Of a stretch of DNA of 64,000 bases, positions 8,863 through 18,032 are shown piece after piece. Numbering within the stretch: the first letter of the stretch is position 1; each line of letters starts with the position of its first letter. Under the pieces are notes generated by a model. That model saw nothing but the letters and a program-made list of their open reading frames with translations. It had not been told where the DNA came from and did no database searches. The stretch is taken from assembly GCA_002428495.1 (NCBI GenBank), contig DIWR01000024.1:71631-135630 (forward strand). The letters run 5' to 3'. The translations under genes were made by a program, and so were the position numbers. The stretch comes from Synergistaceae bacterium UBA6101 (GTDB lineage Bacteria; Synergistota; Synergistia; Synergistales; Synergistaceae).

Positions 8863-8901
8863 GGCGGGGCCAGGATCAAATGCAAGAATGGTGGATATTT
8901 T

Positions 8902-9696
8902 ATGATAAAAAAAGTTCTTGAAGGCAACGGTCTCCGCCTGGGCGGAACATCATGGGTCACTCCCGGGACATTTGCCGACAATCTGCGCTACCTTTCGAAT
9001 GACGTAAGCGATATGGAAATCGTCCTTTTTGATACCCCTGAACACTCAAACATGCCCAAAAAGGATGAAGTCGGTGTTCTGAGGGACCTCTGCAGCGAAC
9101 TGGGGATGTCCTGCACAGTGCATTTTCCTGCCGACATATGTGTCACAGCCCCGTCTGAGGAGTTAAGGGAGAGGGAAGAAATGTGTCTGAGGACCTTGGA
9201 TATTTTTGAGGATCTCGATCCATTTGCCTGGATTATGCACATCGTCGGTGAAAAGAGGGGCGATCCGCCAAGCCCCGATATCGATGCCTGGTTTGAAAAA
9301 AGCCTTCTCTCGGCAGAAAAGATTGCCTCTGCTGTAGATGACAGGAGAAAGATATGCATAGAGACACTGGACTTCGATCCGCGCTATATTGAGTACCTCG
9401 CAGATTCTGTGGGAACTTCGATATGCCTGGATGTGGGACATCTCATCAAATGCGGCCGCCCCGTTTATGAGACAATGCTCAGGTCGGCAGATTCCGTACG
9501 GGTCCTCCATGTCCACGGAGTTATGCAGGACGGGACCGACCACAGGGACCTCTCATACATTGATCCGGAGCTCTTCAGGTCTGTCAGGGAGATGATGTCC
9601 GGAGGCAGAGAGAGGGTAATGACTATCGAGGTCTTTGAAGATGACTACGGTCGTTCTTTAAATGCGATAAAAGAGATGTTTGATGAAACTTTTTGA
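8902..9696 (+). CDS. xylose-isomerase-like TIM-barrel protein, possible cobamide-remodeling phosphodiesterase CbiR
   Basis: 264 aa. The N-terminus LRLGGTSWVTPGTFADNLRYLSNDVSDMEIVLFDTPE resembles my recollection of CbiR-family N-termini. Embedded between two B12-riboswitch units. Confidence 0.5.
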   Translation: MIKKVLEGNGLRLGGTSWVTPGTFADNLRYLSNDVSDMEIVLFDTPEHSNMPKKDEVGVLRDLCSELGMSCTVHFPADICVTAPSEELREREEMCLRTLDIFEDLDPFAWIMHIVGEKRGDPPSPDIDAWFEKSLLSAEKIASAVDDRRKICIETLDFDPRYIEYLADSVGTSICLDVGHLIKCGRPVYETMLRSADSVRVLHVHGVMQDGTDHRDLSYIDPELFRSVREMMSGGRERVMTIEVFEDDYGRSLNAIKEMFDETF

Positions 9697-9814
9697 TGGA
9701 CCTTTATTAACAAAGAAAGGCTAAGTGCCCCTGCCCCGGATATTCATGCATCATCATCCGACCCAAATGCAAATATCTTTGCTTGACATTGGCTGAGGCA
9801 TGAGGTAAAACTTA

Positions 9815-10100
9815 GTGACAATAAAATAACGTCATTGGGAGTTCAGTCAAGGGAATCCGGTCAGATGCCGGAGCAGCCCCGCTACTGTGACCGCGACGAA
9901 ACCGTATTAAGCCACTGTCTGAGGATGGGAAGGCACGGGAGTAGGATGAACGGGAGCCAGGAGACCTGCTGAAAAACCGGATTGTTGATCATCGCGCGGG
10001 CGAAAGGCGGCAAACTGTATCCTGACAGGCATACCTGCCTGAGGATACGAAATATGTTTGTCACAGAGGGACCCCCGATATCAGGAGGTCCCTCTTTTTT
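9815..10100 (+). promoter_or_regulatory. cobalamin riboswitch, long canonical form, with terminator
   Basis: AAGGGAATCCGGTCAGATGCCGGAGCAGCCCCGCTACTGT, a peripheral segment with GCCACTG...GGGAAGGC, and B12 box GGGAGCCAGGAGACCTGC. Terminator AGAGGGACC...GGTCCCTCT plus a T-run at 10065-10100. TTGACA at 9783-9788 upstream. Confidence 0.85.
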
Positions 10101-10186
10101 ACAGGGTTTTTAAGGAGTGAGGAATAACGGAACAAACCAGACATTATTATTCAGAAGACCTCATAGCATAGTTTTATATTTAAGGA

Positions 10187-12166
10187 GTGTTGATAGTGTT
10201 TTATAAGATAAAGCATAGCATAGTTATTCCAACGATCGTCTTTCTGCTGGTTTTTTCCGCATCCGCTTTTGCCGATACAGGAACAGGTGTGACAAGCGGA
10301 GATGCCGTAAGCGAGGACAAAAAAGAAAACGTAAAAGAGGTGGCAAGAGTAGAGGTCACCGGTTCACGTCTTGCTGAAGACATCCGTGAAGTCCCCGCTC
10401 CGGCTTACGTCATAACAAAAGAAGAAATTGAGATGAGCGGGGCAAGGAGCACACAGGAAGTTCTTGACAGAGTGCCCGGAGTCAACGGACTGAGGAACAG
10501 TTCTGCCTCAGCTCTTGACAAAAGCGTTGTTGTAAGGGGGCTTACCACGGAAGTCCTTCTTCTTGTCGACGGAATACCCTTCAGGACTTCCAGCTATGGT
10601 ACCGGGGTATCCATGGGATCACCATTTGACCTCAGGACGATCCCTCTTGAAAATATCGAGAGAATAGAAGTGGTCAAGGGCGCAAGCTCTGCTGTCTACG
10701 GATCCAACGCGGCCGGCGGAGTCATAAATATAATTACTAAAAAAGGCATGGAAGAGTCGGGGGGAATGTTACTTATTGAAGGCGGCAACCACGGATGGTT
10801 CCGGGGCTCTGTCAGGGGTACGGCAGTGTTGAGCGATGATGTTAAAGTCACAGTCGGATATACCAAAACCCAGGAAACTTCCGAGATAAACATACGTAAT
10901 AAAGGTGACGGAACCTATGACAAAGCCACCGACTACCGCGGCAATGATTTCGCCTTTGGAATAGAAAAGGGAAGTTGGGCATTTTCCGGTGCATGGGGTG
11001 ACTTCGATTCAGACTGGGAAAATACTTACAACAATGATCTCTCGACTGTTTATAAAAATACTCAGGAGAACAAATACAGGCGTTTTGCCATAACCTATGC
11101 CGATGAATCGAACACGAGCAAAATATACTATAACGACAATGAGAAGGATTATTCATTCTACTCAGATCCGCTCTACATCAGCAGCTACGACTACAAAGAC
11201 AGTTCAATGGGGCTTATGTTCAACCGAAAGCAGGAGATATTCGGCCTGACCGGTGTCTGGGGCTTTGAGTGGCGGAGGGAACAGTCTGAGTACAAGGGCC
11301 TCTCTGATTCAGCCTGGGGAGAGACCAAAGACACCCCATACGACTTGAAAAGGGATGGCTTCTCACCCTATCTTGAAGTTTCAGTTCCGGTAGGTGATAT
11401 GGGTCTCGATATCGGACTCAGGTACGAGCATTGGAGCGTCGATGAGGGCGAGACTGTAAGCGAGCTTATACCCAGGCTTTCTCTCAACTGGGAGAGCCCG
11501 TCAGGGAAGATCTGGTACCTTACTGCGGGGCGCTTTTTCGCAATGCCCAGTTTTTACCAGATATTTATGCCGGACAGGAATTACGGCACACCAAATCCTG
11601 ATCTAAAACCGGAAAAGGGCTGGACTTACGACATAGGCGTGAAGGATGAAAAGGCCTCCAATCCCTGGAGTTTCGGAGTCTTCTATATGGACATGGAGGA
11701 CAAAATAAAGTATGAATCAGACCCGATAACATGGGTAGGTCAGTACGTAAACCTCGACCAGTACAGAGCATGGGGTATAGAGGCGGAGATAAAGTTAAAC
11801 TTTCACGAAAACTGGAGCTACACACAAGGCATATCCTGGACAGACGCAGAAGAGAAAACAGCGGGCACAGACAACTGGACAAGGTCTAACATGCCAAGAC
11901 TCGATCTTAGCGGAAGCCTCAATTACGCAAAGGGCCCCTGGGCCGGGGAGCTAAATGCCCATTTTTACGGAGACAGGAACATTGACGGCGGCGTCTACAA
12001 GGATGACGGCATCTTCCTTATGAACGCTTCTGTCTCATGGAAAGAGGGGGACCATAAACTGGTCCTCTCCTGCACCAACATCTTCGACAGGGAGTTTGTG
12101 CTTGACGATCAGGGATATATCAACCCCGAGCGCAAGTTCATCCTCTCCTGGCAGTATGAATTCTAG
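10187..12166 (+). CDS. TonB-dependent outer-membrane receptor (BtuB-like)
   Basis: Signal peptide, plug domain (VTGSRL..VPAPAYVITKEEIE..QEVLDRVPGV), beta-barrel, and terminal aromatic (..SWQYEF). The true start may be GTG 10196. Immediately downstream of a B12 riboswitch. Confidence 0.85.
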   Translation: MLIVFYKIKHSIVIPTIVFLLVFSASAFADTGTGVTSGDAVSEDKKENVKEVARVEVTGSRLAEDIREVPAPAYVITKEEIEMSGARSTQEVLDRVPGVNGLRNSSASALDKSVVVRGLTTEVLLLVDGIPFRTSSYGTGVSMGSPFDLRTIPLENIERIEVVKGASSAVYGSNAAGGVINIITKKGMEESGGMLLIEGGNHGWFRGSVRGTAVLSDDVKVTVGYTKTQETSEINIRNKGDGTYDKATDYRGNDFAFGIEKGSWAFSGAWGDFDSDWENTYNNDLSTVYKNTQENKYRRFAITYADESNTSKIYYNDNEKDYSFYSDPLYISSYDYKDSSMGLMFNRKQEIFGLTGVWGFEWRREQSEYKGLSDSAWGETKDTPYDLKRDGFSPYLEVSVPVGDMGLDIGLRYEHWSVDEGETVSELIPRLSLNWESPSGKIWYLTAGRFFAMPSFYQIFMPDRNYGTPNPDLKPEKGWTYDIGVKDEKASNPWSFGVFYMDMEDKIKYESDPITWVGQYVNLDQYRAWGIEAEIKLNFHENWSYTQGISWTDAEEKTAGTDNWTRSNMPRLDLSGSLNYAKGPWAGELNAHFYGDRNIDGGVYKDDGIFLMNASVSWKEGDHKLVLSCTNIFDREFVLDDQGYINPERKFILSWQYEF

Positions 12167-12290
12167 AGAACAGAAACAATAGATCATCCGTTCCTCCCAT
12201 AGGGCTCCCGGACTGCACACCGGGGGTCCTCAATATTTTCCCGCCTGTGCTTTTTTGTGATATAGTTTGGAGGATCAAAGGAAAGGCGGC

Positions 12291-13097
12291 ATGATAGAGA
12301 CCATGATCATAGATTTTCATACACACATTTTCCCTGACGGTTTCGCGGACCGCGCAATGACCGTTTTGTCGGAGAACGCACAGGTGGGGTATTCTGCCCC
12401 TGCGACTCTGAACGGACTGATCTCAGCAATGGATGAATGCGGCGTGGACAGGTCCGTCGTACTCAACGTCGTTACCAAGGAGAGCCAGCATGAGAACGTT
12501 CTCCGCTTTGCAAAGGAGACTGATTCAGAGCGGATCATATCCTTCGGCTCCGTTCTGCCAAGCTCGGTATACGCACTTGAGTATGTCTGGAAGATCTCTG
12601 ACGAAGAGCTCAGGGGGATAAAGTTCCATCCTGCGCTCCAGAGGATATATCCTGACGATGAGAAGTACTTCCCAATTTACGACCTGGCACGGGCGCTAAA
12701 CCTGATCGTTGTTTTTCACGTTGGTTTCGACCCATCGTTTCCAGGCGAACTGAACGCTTCGCCTGAGTCGATGGTAAAGATAGCAAGGAATTTTCCGGGA
12801 CTCAGGATAGTCGCAGCCCATCTGGGGGGACTGAAGATGGCTGAAGATGTTCTCGAAGCAGTGGCAGGACAGGCGGACATCTACATGGATACTGCTTACT
12901 GCGCGGATCCCTGGCTTGACAAGGGGCTTCTCAAAGAGATCATAAGAAAGCACGGAGCCGAGAGGGTACTCTTCGGGAGCGATTATCCGTGGCATCTGCC
13001 TTCTCAGGAAATAACACTGATAAGATCACTCGATATATCGGAAGAGGAGAAAGAGATGATACTTGGAGGAAACGCCAAACGGCTGCTAAGGATATGA
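12291..13097 (+). CDS. metal-dependent amidohydrolase (TIM barrel, amidohydrolase_2-like)
   Basis: MIIDFHTHIFP start motif and later HLGG and GSDYPW motifs. ATG 12291 with an AAGGAAAGG SD is preferred over ORF-track TTG 12267. Confidence 0.75.
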   Translation: MIETMIIDFHTHIFPDGFADRAMTVLSENAQVGYSAPATLNGLISAMDECGVDRSVVLNVVTKESQHENVLRFAKETDSERIISFGSVLPSSVYALEYVWKISDEELRGIKFHPALQRIYPDDEKYFPIYDLARALNLIVVFHVGFDPSFPGELNASPESMVKIARNFPGLRIVAAHLGGLKMAEDVLEAVAGQADIYMDTAYCADPWLDKGLLKEIIRKHGAERVLFGSDYPWHLPSQEITLIRSLDISEEEKEMILGGNAKRLLRI

Positions 13098-13121
13098 TCA
13101 AAGAACCCGGCCTCCATCAGT

Positions 13122-13838
13122 ATGCAGACCGGTCACTTTGGACCGGAGGTGTGTGATTTGATCCACAACGGACCGCTGATATCCCTCCTGGAAGAGAGCT
13201 TCTCTTTCTGGAGTAAGATGAGTGACCTCGAAAAGGAGGCTCTCATGGACAATATCTCCGACATAAGATATGAAAAGGGGACCTGTCTCAGCGGAAGTGA
13301 TGATTCCTGCGCAGGCGTCTTCCTGATAAGGTCTGGGACGCTCAGGGTCTATATGCTTTCCGAGGATGGTAAGGACCTGACACTTTTCCGCCTTAATCCC
13401 GGAGAGCTCTGTATCCTCTCCGCGTCATGCGTGCTGAAGCTGATCCGTTTCGAAGTATTGATCGAGGCTGAGACAGAGTGCAGGATCCTTGTAGTTAACG
13501 CAAATTTCTTCTCCGATCTGGCAGCAAGAAATGTATGGGTGGAGAATTTCTCATACAAAGTGGCGGCTGAACGTTTTTCCGACGTGATGGAAGCCATACA
13601 GCGAATATTCTTCCTGAGCGTGGACGAGAGGCTTGCCAATTTCCTTCTTGAGGAGATGGAGAGGAATAACGGTGATGTCGTTCCTGTCACTCATGAACAG
13701 ATAGCAAGATATATAGGAAGCGCCCGTGAGGTGGTATCAAGGACTCTTAAATCTTTTTACGTTCTTGGGGCAGTAGAACTCTCCCGAAAGGGCATAAAGA
13801 TCGTCGACAAAAAACTTCTCCAAAGCATGAGTAAATAA
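13122..13838 (+). CDS. Crp/Fnr family transcriptional regulator
   Basis: cNMP-binding-like beta-roll plus C-terminal HTH (THEQIARYIGSAREVVSRTLKSF). The start is uncertain; a TTG at 13158 follows a GGAGG. Confidence 0.8.
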   Translation: MQTGHFGPEVCDLIHNGPLISLLEESFSFWSKMSDLEKEALMDNISDIRYEKGTCLSGSDDSCAGVFLIRSGTLRVYMLSEDGKDLTLFRLNPGELCILSASCVLKLIRFEVLIEAETECRILVVNANFFSDLAARNVWVENFSYKVAAERFSDVMEAIQRIFFLSVDERLANFLLEEMERNNGDVVPVTHEQIARYIGSAREVVSRTLKSFYVLGAVELSRKGIKIVDKKLLQSMSK

Positions 13839-13841
13839 TAG

Positions 13842-14429
13842 CTAAAGCCTCTCTTCCTCTCTTATCTTACAGATCATCTGAGTTGCCGTTCCCATGGGGC
13901 AGTAGACGCACCACGACCGCGGTTTGTAAATGATCATGCTCAAAAGTCCCAGTATCAGTGATGTAAGCATGAGGCTGTAAAACCCGTAGGCGAACTGTAT
14001 CGCCCAAAGAGGGACGCTTTCCCCGGTCCTGTTTGCCCACTCCCATGGCACATCAAATGTCCAGAAAAGCCTGACCGATGCATTCAGGCTTCCGCTTCCC
14101 GAAAAGATGGCCCAGGTTGCAAATAGCATATTCACGAACATGATCATAAAGAATATGAAAAATCCATAGCGAAACCATCTGCTCTTCAAAAATGCCGGCA
14201 GGTTCCTGTTGAGGGACATCTTTTTTCCCGAGCCAAGAAGCGTGAAGAGCTGTCCCCTTCCGCAGTAGCTGTTGCAGAACGCCTTCTCTTTGCCGAAGAT
14301 GGACATCAGTATCGGTGTGATAAAACAGAGCATGCCCAGCCAGGCGAAGATGATGTTGAAAAAGCCCAGGGAGAAGTAGATGACCGAGAAGATCCACATT
14401 TTGTCCTTCCAGCTTTTGTTCATGCTCAT
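13842..14429 (-). CDS. polytopic membrane protein with Cys motifs (4Fe-4S-binding membrane protein family)
   Basis: 195 aa with several TM helices and Cys clusters FCNSYCGRGQ and WCVYCPMG. Overlaps the ferredoxin gene by 4 nt. Confidence 0.55.
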   Translation of the reverse strand: MSMNKSWKDKMWIFSVIYFSLGFFNIIFAWLGMLCFITPILMSIFGKEKAFCNSYCGRGQLFTLLGSGKKMSLNRNLPAFLKSRWFRYGFFIFFMIMFVNMLFATWAIFSGSGSLNASVRLFWTFDVPWEWANRTGESVPLWAIQFAYGFYSLMLTSLILGLLSMIIYKPRSWCVYCPMGTATQMICKIREEERL

Positions 14430-14740
14430 TCCGGGACCTCCATCGTTATTGCGGAGGCAGGGCAGATTTTTTCACATTTAGAGCATCCGATGCACTTTTC
14501 TGGGTCAACATCAGCCCATATTCCCTTATATATGGAAACTGAGTTGACCGGGCATACATTTACGCAAGCCCCGCAGGCCACACAATTGTCCCGCAAGATT
14601 CTCGCCTTTTTCCTTTTTTCGATTGATGTTGCCATATGATCACATCCTATATCTGCCGTTTCACATTTTATAGCACCGATAAGACCGTATGTCCGTGACC
14701 TGGTCACATACGGGACCGGAAATAAAACAGAGAGGGTCAT
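14426..14740 (-). CDS. 2x[4Fe-4S] ferredoxin
   Basis: CVACGACVNVCP and CIGCSKCEKICP motifs. The true start is possibly ATG 14635 (MATSIEK...). Confidence 0.7.
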   Translation of the reverse strand: MTLSVLFPVPYVTRSRTYGLIGAIKCETADIGCDHMATSIEKRKKARILRDNCVACGACVNVCPVNSVSIYKGIWADVDPEKCIGCSKCEKICPASAITMEVPE

Positions 14741-14801
14741 AAAATGATCCTCTCTGTACAGGATAAGAAATACTAAAGATAAATTATTGCCGGAGCAGTT
14801 T

Positions 14802-15773
14802 TTATCTCTCGGACAGGCCCCTTAAAAACCAGAAAATGGATGAGGCTGCAAGTGATGCGGTACGGTGGTCCTGGTCCAACGGCGGGGAGACCTCCATTAT
14901 GTCCAGGTATCGTATCTGGGGGCTCCTTCCCGCAAGGTATGCTATTTTGTCCAGCTCAGGCGCCTTCAGTCCGCTCGGATTGCTTGCGGATGCTCCCGGT
15001 GCCTCGGTGCTTCTGACCGCGTCTATGTCAAGAGAGAGGGCTACGGTGCGTCCCCTCTTGCTGACCATGCTCAGTGCCTGTATAAAGGACTCCATCACCC
15101 GCTCGGAGACCTCTTTGAGCGTAAAGACGCTTCCTCCCTGCTTCTTCACCCAGTTGTAATAGTGAGGGGAGTTGTACGGTTCCTGTATAGCGAATTCAAC
15201 GAATGCGCTTCCGGAGAGAGCCTTGTCGGGAAGCTGAGTCAGGGCCCTATAGAACGATGTTCCGCTGTTTATCCCGTTTTCGTCAGTCCTTACATCAAGG
15301 TGTGCGTCGACGTTGATCAGTCCGAGGGAATCTTTTTTGAGGCCCGCACCCTGGACCAGCCCGGCAATACCGGGGTAAGTAAGGTCGTGCCCGCCGCCTA
15401 TTACCAGAGGGATGCCGCCTCGCGAGACTGCGTCGGCTACAGCTTCCTGCAGGGCAAGATGCACCTCTTCCAGTGTCAGCCCCTTTGTAGATATGTTGCC
15501 CGCATCGACGACACTTATCCTGTCGAGATCCATGTTGAACCCGGGGGTAAGTTTATATAGGCGGCGCCTGACGTCATCGGGGCCCTTCGCTGCGCCAGCA
15601 CGACCTTTGTTTGCAAGTATGCCCCTGTCTTCAGGCACGCCGATGATCACCACATCAGAATCCCGGACTGACGACATCTTTCCCCTGTGGACAAGTTCCC
15701 CGAGCCTTCTGTCCTTTGGGTCGTTTCTGCTGTAAAAAAGGTCCCTGTCTGTCTTTTCCAGAATATATCTCAT
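14802..15773 (-). CDS. arginase-family hydrolase (formimidoylglutamase/agmatinase-like)
   Basis: Ureohydrolase metal-ligand motifs GGGHDLTYP, NVDAHLDV and SLDIDAV. Confidence 0.75.
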   Translation of the reverse strand: MRYILEKTDRDLFYSRNDPKDRRLGELVHRGKMSSVRDSDVVIIGVPEDRGILANKGRAGAAKGPDDVRRRLYKLTPGFNMDLDRISVVDAGNISTKGLTLEEVHLALQEAVADAVSRGGIPLVIGGGHDLTYPGIAGLVQGAGLKKDSLGLINVDAHLDVRTDENGINSGTSFYRALTQLPDKALSGSAFVEFAIQEPYNSPHYYNWVKKQGGSVFTLKEVSERVMESFIQALSMVSKRGRTVALSLDIDAVRSTEAPGASASNPSGLKAPELDKIAYLAGRSPQIRYLDIMEVSPPLDQDHRTASLAASSIFWFLRGLSER

Positions 15774-16028
15774 GTGATCTCCCCCGTTGTAGATGCCGAT
15801 CGTTCATACATACTGATTGTAGCTAAACAGCACTCCGGCGCATAGTATTTTTGGCTGATTGAAAATTTATTAAATTATATCGGTGCTTATTGAAATTTTA
15901 AAAGTCCGCAAAAGTGTTTGGAGGTTTTGTCTTTTGCTGTCTTTTGCTTTGATATTTGTAATAATTAAGGGCCTGTTTCCCATTTGAGATACAGGCCCTA
16001 TTATCCGGTTTTCAGATTGATTCTGCTC

Positions 16029-16775
16029 TTACTTGCTTTTGCCCTGGTTCGCCACTGCAGCCTGTGCGGCAGCTATTGCTTCTTCATCGCCAAGGTAGTA
16101 ATGCTTAAGGGGGTCAAGTTCCCCGTCCAGTTCGTAGACAAGAGGCACTCCTGTCGGGATATTAAGCTCCAATATATCTTTCTCGGAAATTTTGTCCAGG
16201 TATTTTACGAGGGCCCTAAGGCTGTTTCCGTGTGCCGCTATTACCAGTTTTTTGCCTGCCCTGATATCCGGTGCGATATGATCTTCCCAGTAGGGGACTA
16301 CCCTTGCGACCGTGTCGGCAAGGCATTCTCCTGCAGGGAGTTCGTCTTCGGCAAGTCCGGCGTATCTCGGGTCTTTTCCGGGGTAACGTTCGTCGGTCTT
16401 TTCGAGAAGGGGCGGGCGGGTTGCGTAACTGCGCCTCCATATCTTGACCTGTTCGTCTCCGTATTTCGCGGCGGTCTCTGACTTGTTGAGCCCCTGCAGT
16501 CCTCCGTAGTGGCGTTCGTTCAGCTTCCACGAGTTCTCTACAGGGATCCACATCAGGTCCATCTCTTCAAGTACGCACCAGAGTGTCTTTATGGCTCTTT
16601 TGAGAACGGATGTATATGCTTTGTCAAAAGCGAAGCCCTTTTCCTTCAGGACATTGCCTGCGGACTGCGCTTCGAGGAGTCCTTTTTCAGAAAGCGGAAC
16701 GTCTGTCCATCCGGTGAACCTGTTCTCTTTGTTCCATTCACTTTCCCCGTGTCTGAGCAATACTATCCTGTACAT
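16029..16775 (-). CDS. gpmA: 2,3-bisphosphoglycerate-dependent phosphoglycerate mutase
   Basis: [27 protein letters not shown] and [12 protein letters not shown] motifs. 248 aa. Confidence 0.92.
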   Translation of the reverse strand: MYRIVLLRHGESEWNKENRFTGWTDVPLSEKGLLEAQSAGNVLKEKGFAFDKAYTSVLKRAIKTLWCVLEEMDLMWIPVENSWKLNERHYGGLQGLNKSETAAKYGDEQVKIWRRSYATRPPLLEKTDERYPGKDPRYAGLAEDELPAGECLADTVARVVPYWEDHIAPDIRAGKKLVIAAHGNSLRALVKYLDKISEKDILELNIPTGVPLVYELDGELDPLKHYYLGDEEAIAAAQAAVANQGKSK

Positions 16776-16787
16776 CCAAGATGCCTC

Positions 16788-18032
16788 CTATTCAGGTTTA
16801 TCCTTATTATTGTTTTCTCCGCTCACAGTGACCTTGTCTCCGTCATTGAGGGTGCTCCCTCCGAAGATTATAACCCTGTCGCCCGGCTTTAGTCCCTCTT
16901 TGATGTGGATCAGAGGTCCCTGCCTTGTGCCTGTTGAAACGACACGGAGCTTCGCAGTTCCTTCCTCTTCAAGCAATACATAATATCCCGTCTCACTTTC
17001 ATGGAGAGCGTTTTCCGGTATGAGCACCGCATTTTTGATCTCTCTTTCCACTATTGAAGCCTGTCCGAACATCCCCGGCCTCAGCTGTCCGCCTGTCTCT
17101 CTGTTGTCCAGTTCGATATCTACATTGCTGGTCCTGGTCGAGGGGTCTACATACTGGTCCACCCTTGTCACTTTTCCAACAAACTCTTTATCCGGAAGAG
17201 CGTCGAATTTAAGGAATACAGGCATGCCGCTTTTTACAACAAAAATTTTTGACTCGGGCACTTTCAGTGTGGCTTTTAACCTGCTCAGATCAGCAATATC
17301 CATTATCGGAGAATTAGGGGATATCATTGCGCCTGTAGTAAGTGAAAAATCATTGAGCACTGTGCCGTCTATCGGAGCGACCATGATATAGTCCGCTTTT
17401 GCCGAACTTACCCGCTCCAGCTCCGCGGCAGCCTGTCTTTCCTTTGCGATCGCCGCGTTGTAGGAAGCCCTGGCGCTTGAGTAAGCCGTCTCTACGGAAT
17501 CATACTGCTGCTGGGTACTGAATCCTTCCTTGACGAGCCTCTCGTACCTGTCAAGGGTCGTCTTTGCGTTCATCATCTCAGCTTTTGCTCTTTCGGTGTC
17601 GGCTTTTGCCGATGCCGCCTGGGCGCGTACTGATCCTATCAGGGCGTCCTGCTGGTCGTGTTCGAGGGTAGCTATTATCTGTCCCTTACTGACCCGGTCC
17701 CCCTGCCTTACGTGGAGTTTCTCGAGTCTTCCTGTCACCCTCGGCAGCAGTTCTACCCTGTCAACCGCATCTATGGAGGTGTTCTGTACTATGTTCTCCC
17801 TGACGGTCTTGTCTGCTTTGACCGTTTCGATCTTCACAGCCGCCGCCTGCTTGCCGTTCCCGTTTGAGGACTGTGAGAAGAGAGCTTCTCTCCTGCTGAA
17901 TATCCCTATTGCCGCCAGCAGTATGACTGCCGCAGCGACTATGATCATCAGCCTCTTTTTGTCTGATATCCTCTTTGAATAAGTGCCATAGTTGTTTTTG
18001 TCAGTCATGGTCATTTTCTCTCCCCGGTCCAT
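16788..18032 (-). CDS. RND efflux periplasmic adaptor (membrane fusion protein)
   Basis: HlyD/AcrA-type architecture: lipoyl, coiled-coil hairpin and beta-barrel. Last gene of an RND-TolC-MFP operon. Confidence 0.85.
   Translation of the reverse strand: MDRGEKMTMTDKNNYGTYSKRISDKKRLMIIVAAAVILLAAIGIFSRREALFSQSSNGNGKQAAAVKIETVKADKTVRENIVQNTSIDAVDRVELLPRVTGRLEKLHVRQGDRVSKGQIIATLEHDQQDALIGSVRAQAASAKADTERAKAEMMNAKTTLDRYERLVKEGFSTQQQYDSVETAYSSARASYNAAIAKERQAAAELERVSSAKADYIMVAPIDGTVLNDFSLTTGAMISPNSPIMDIADLSRLKATLKVPESKIFVVKSGMPVFLKFDALPDKEFVGKVTRVDQYVDPSTRTSNVDIELDNRETGGQLRPGMFGQASIVEREIKNAVLIPENALHESETGYYVLLEEEGTAKLRVVSTGTRQGPLIHIKEGLKPGDRVIIFGGSTLNDGDKVTVSGENNNKDKPE

Noticed and set aside
14865-15560. 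231-aa ORF (and the 107-aa ORFs nearby) on the plus strand
   Set aside because: It is antisense to the arginase-family gene, which carries the conserved metal-ligand motifs.
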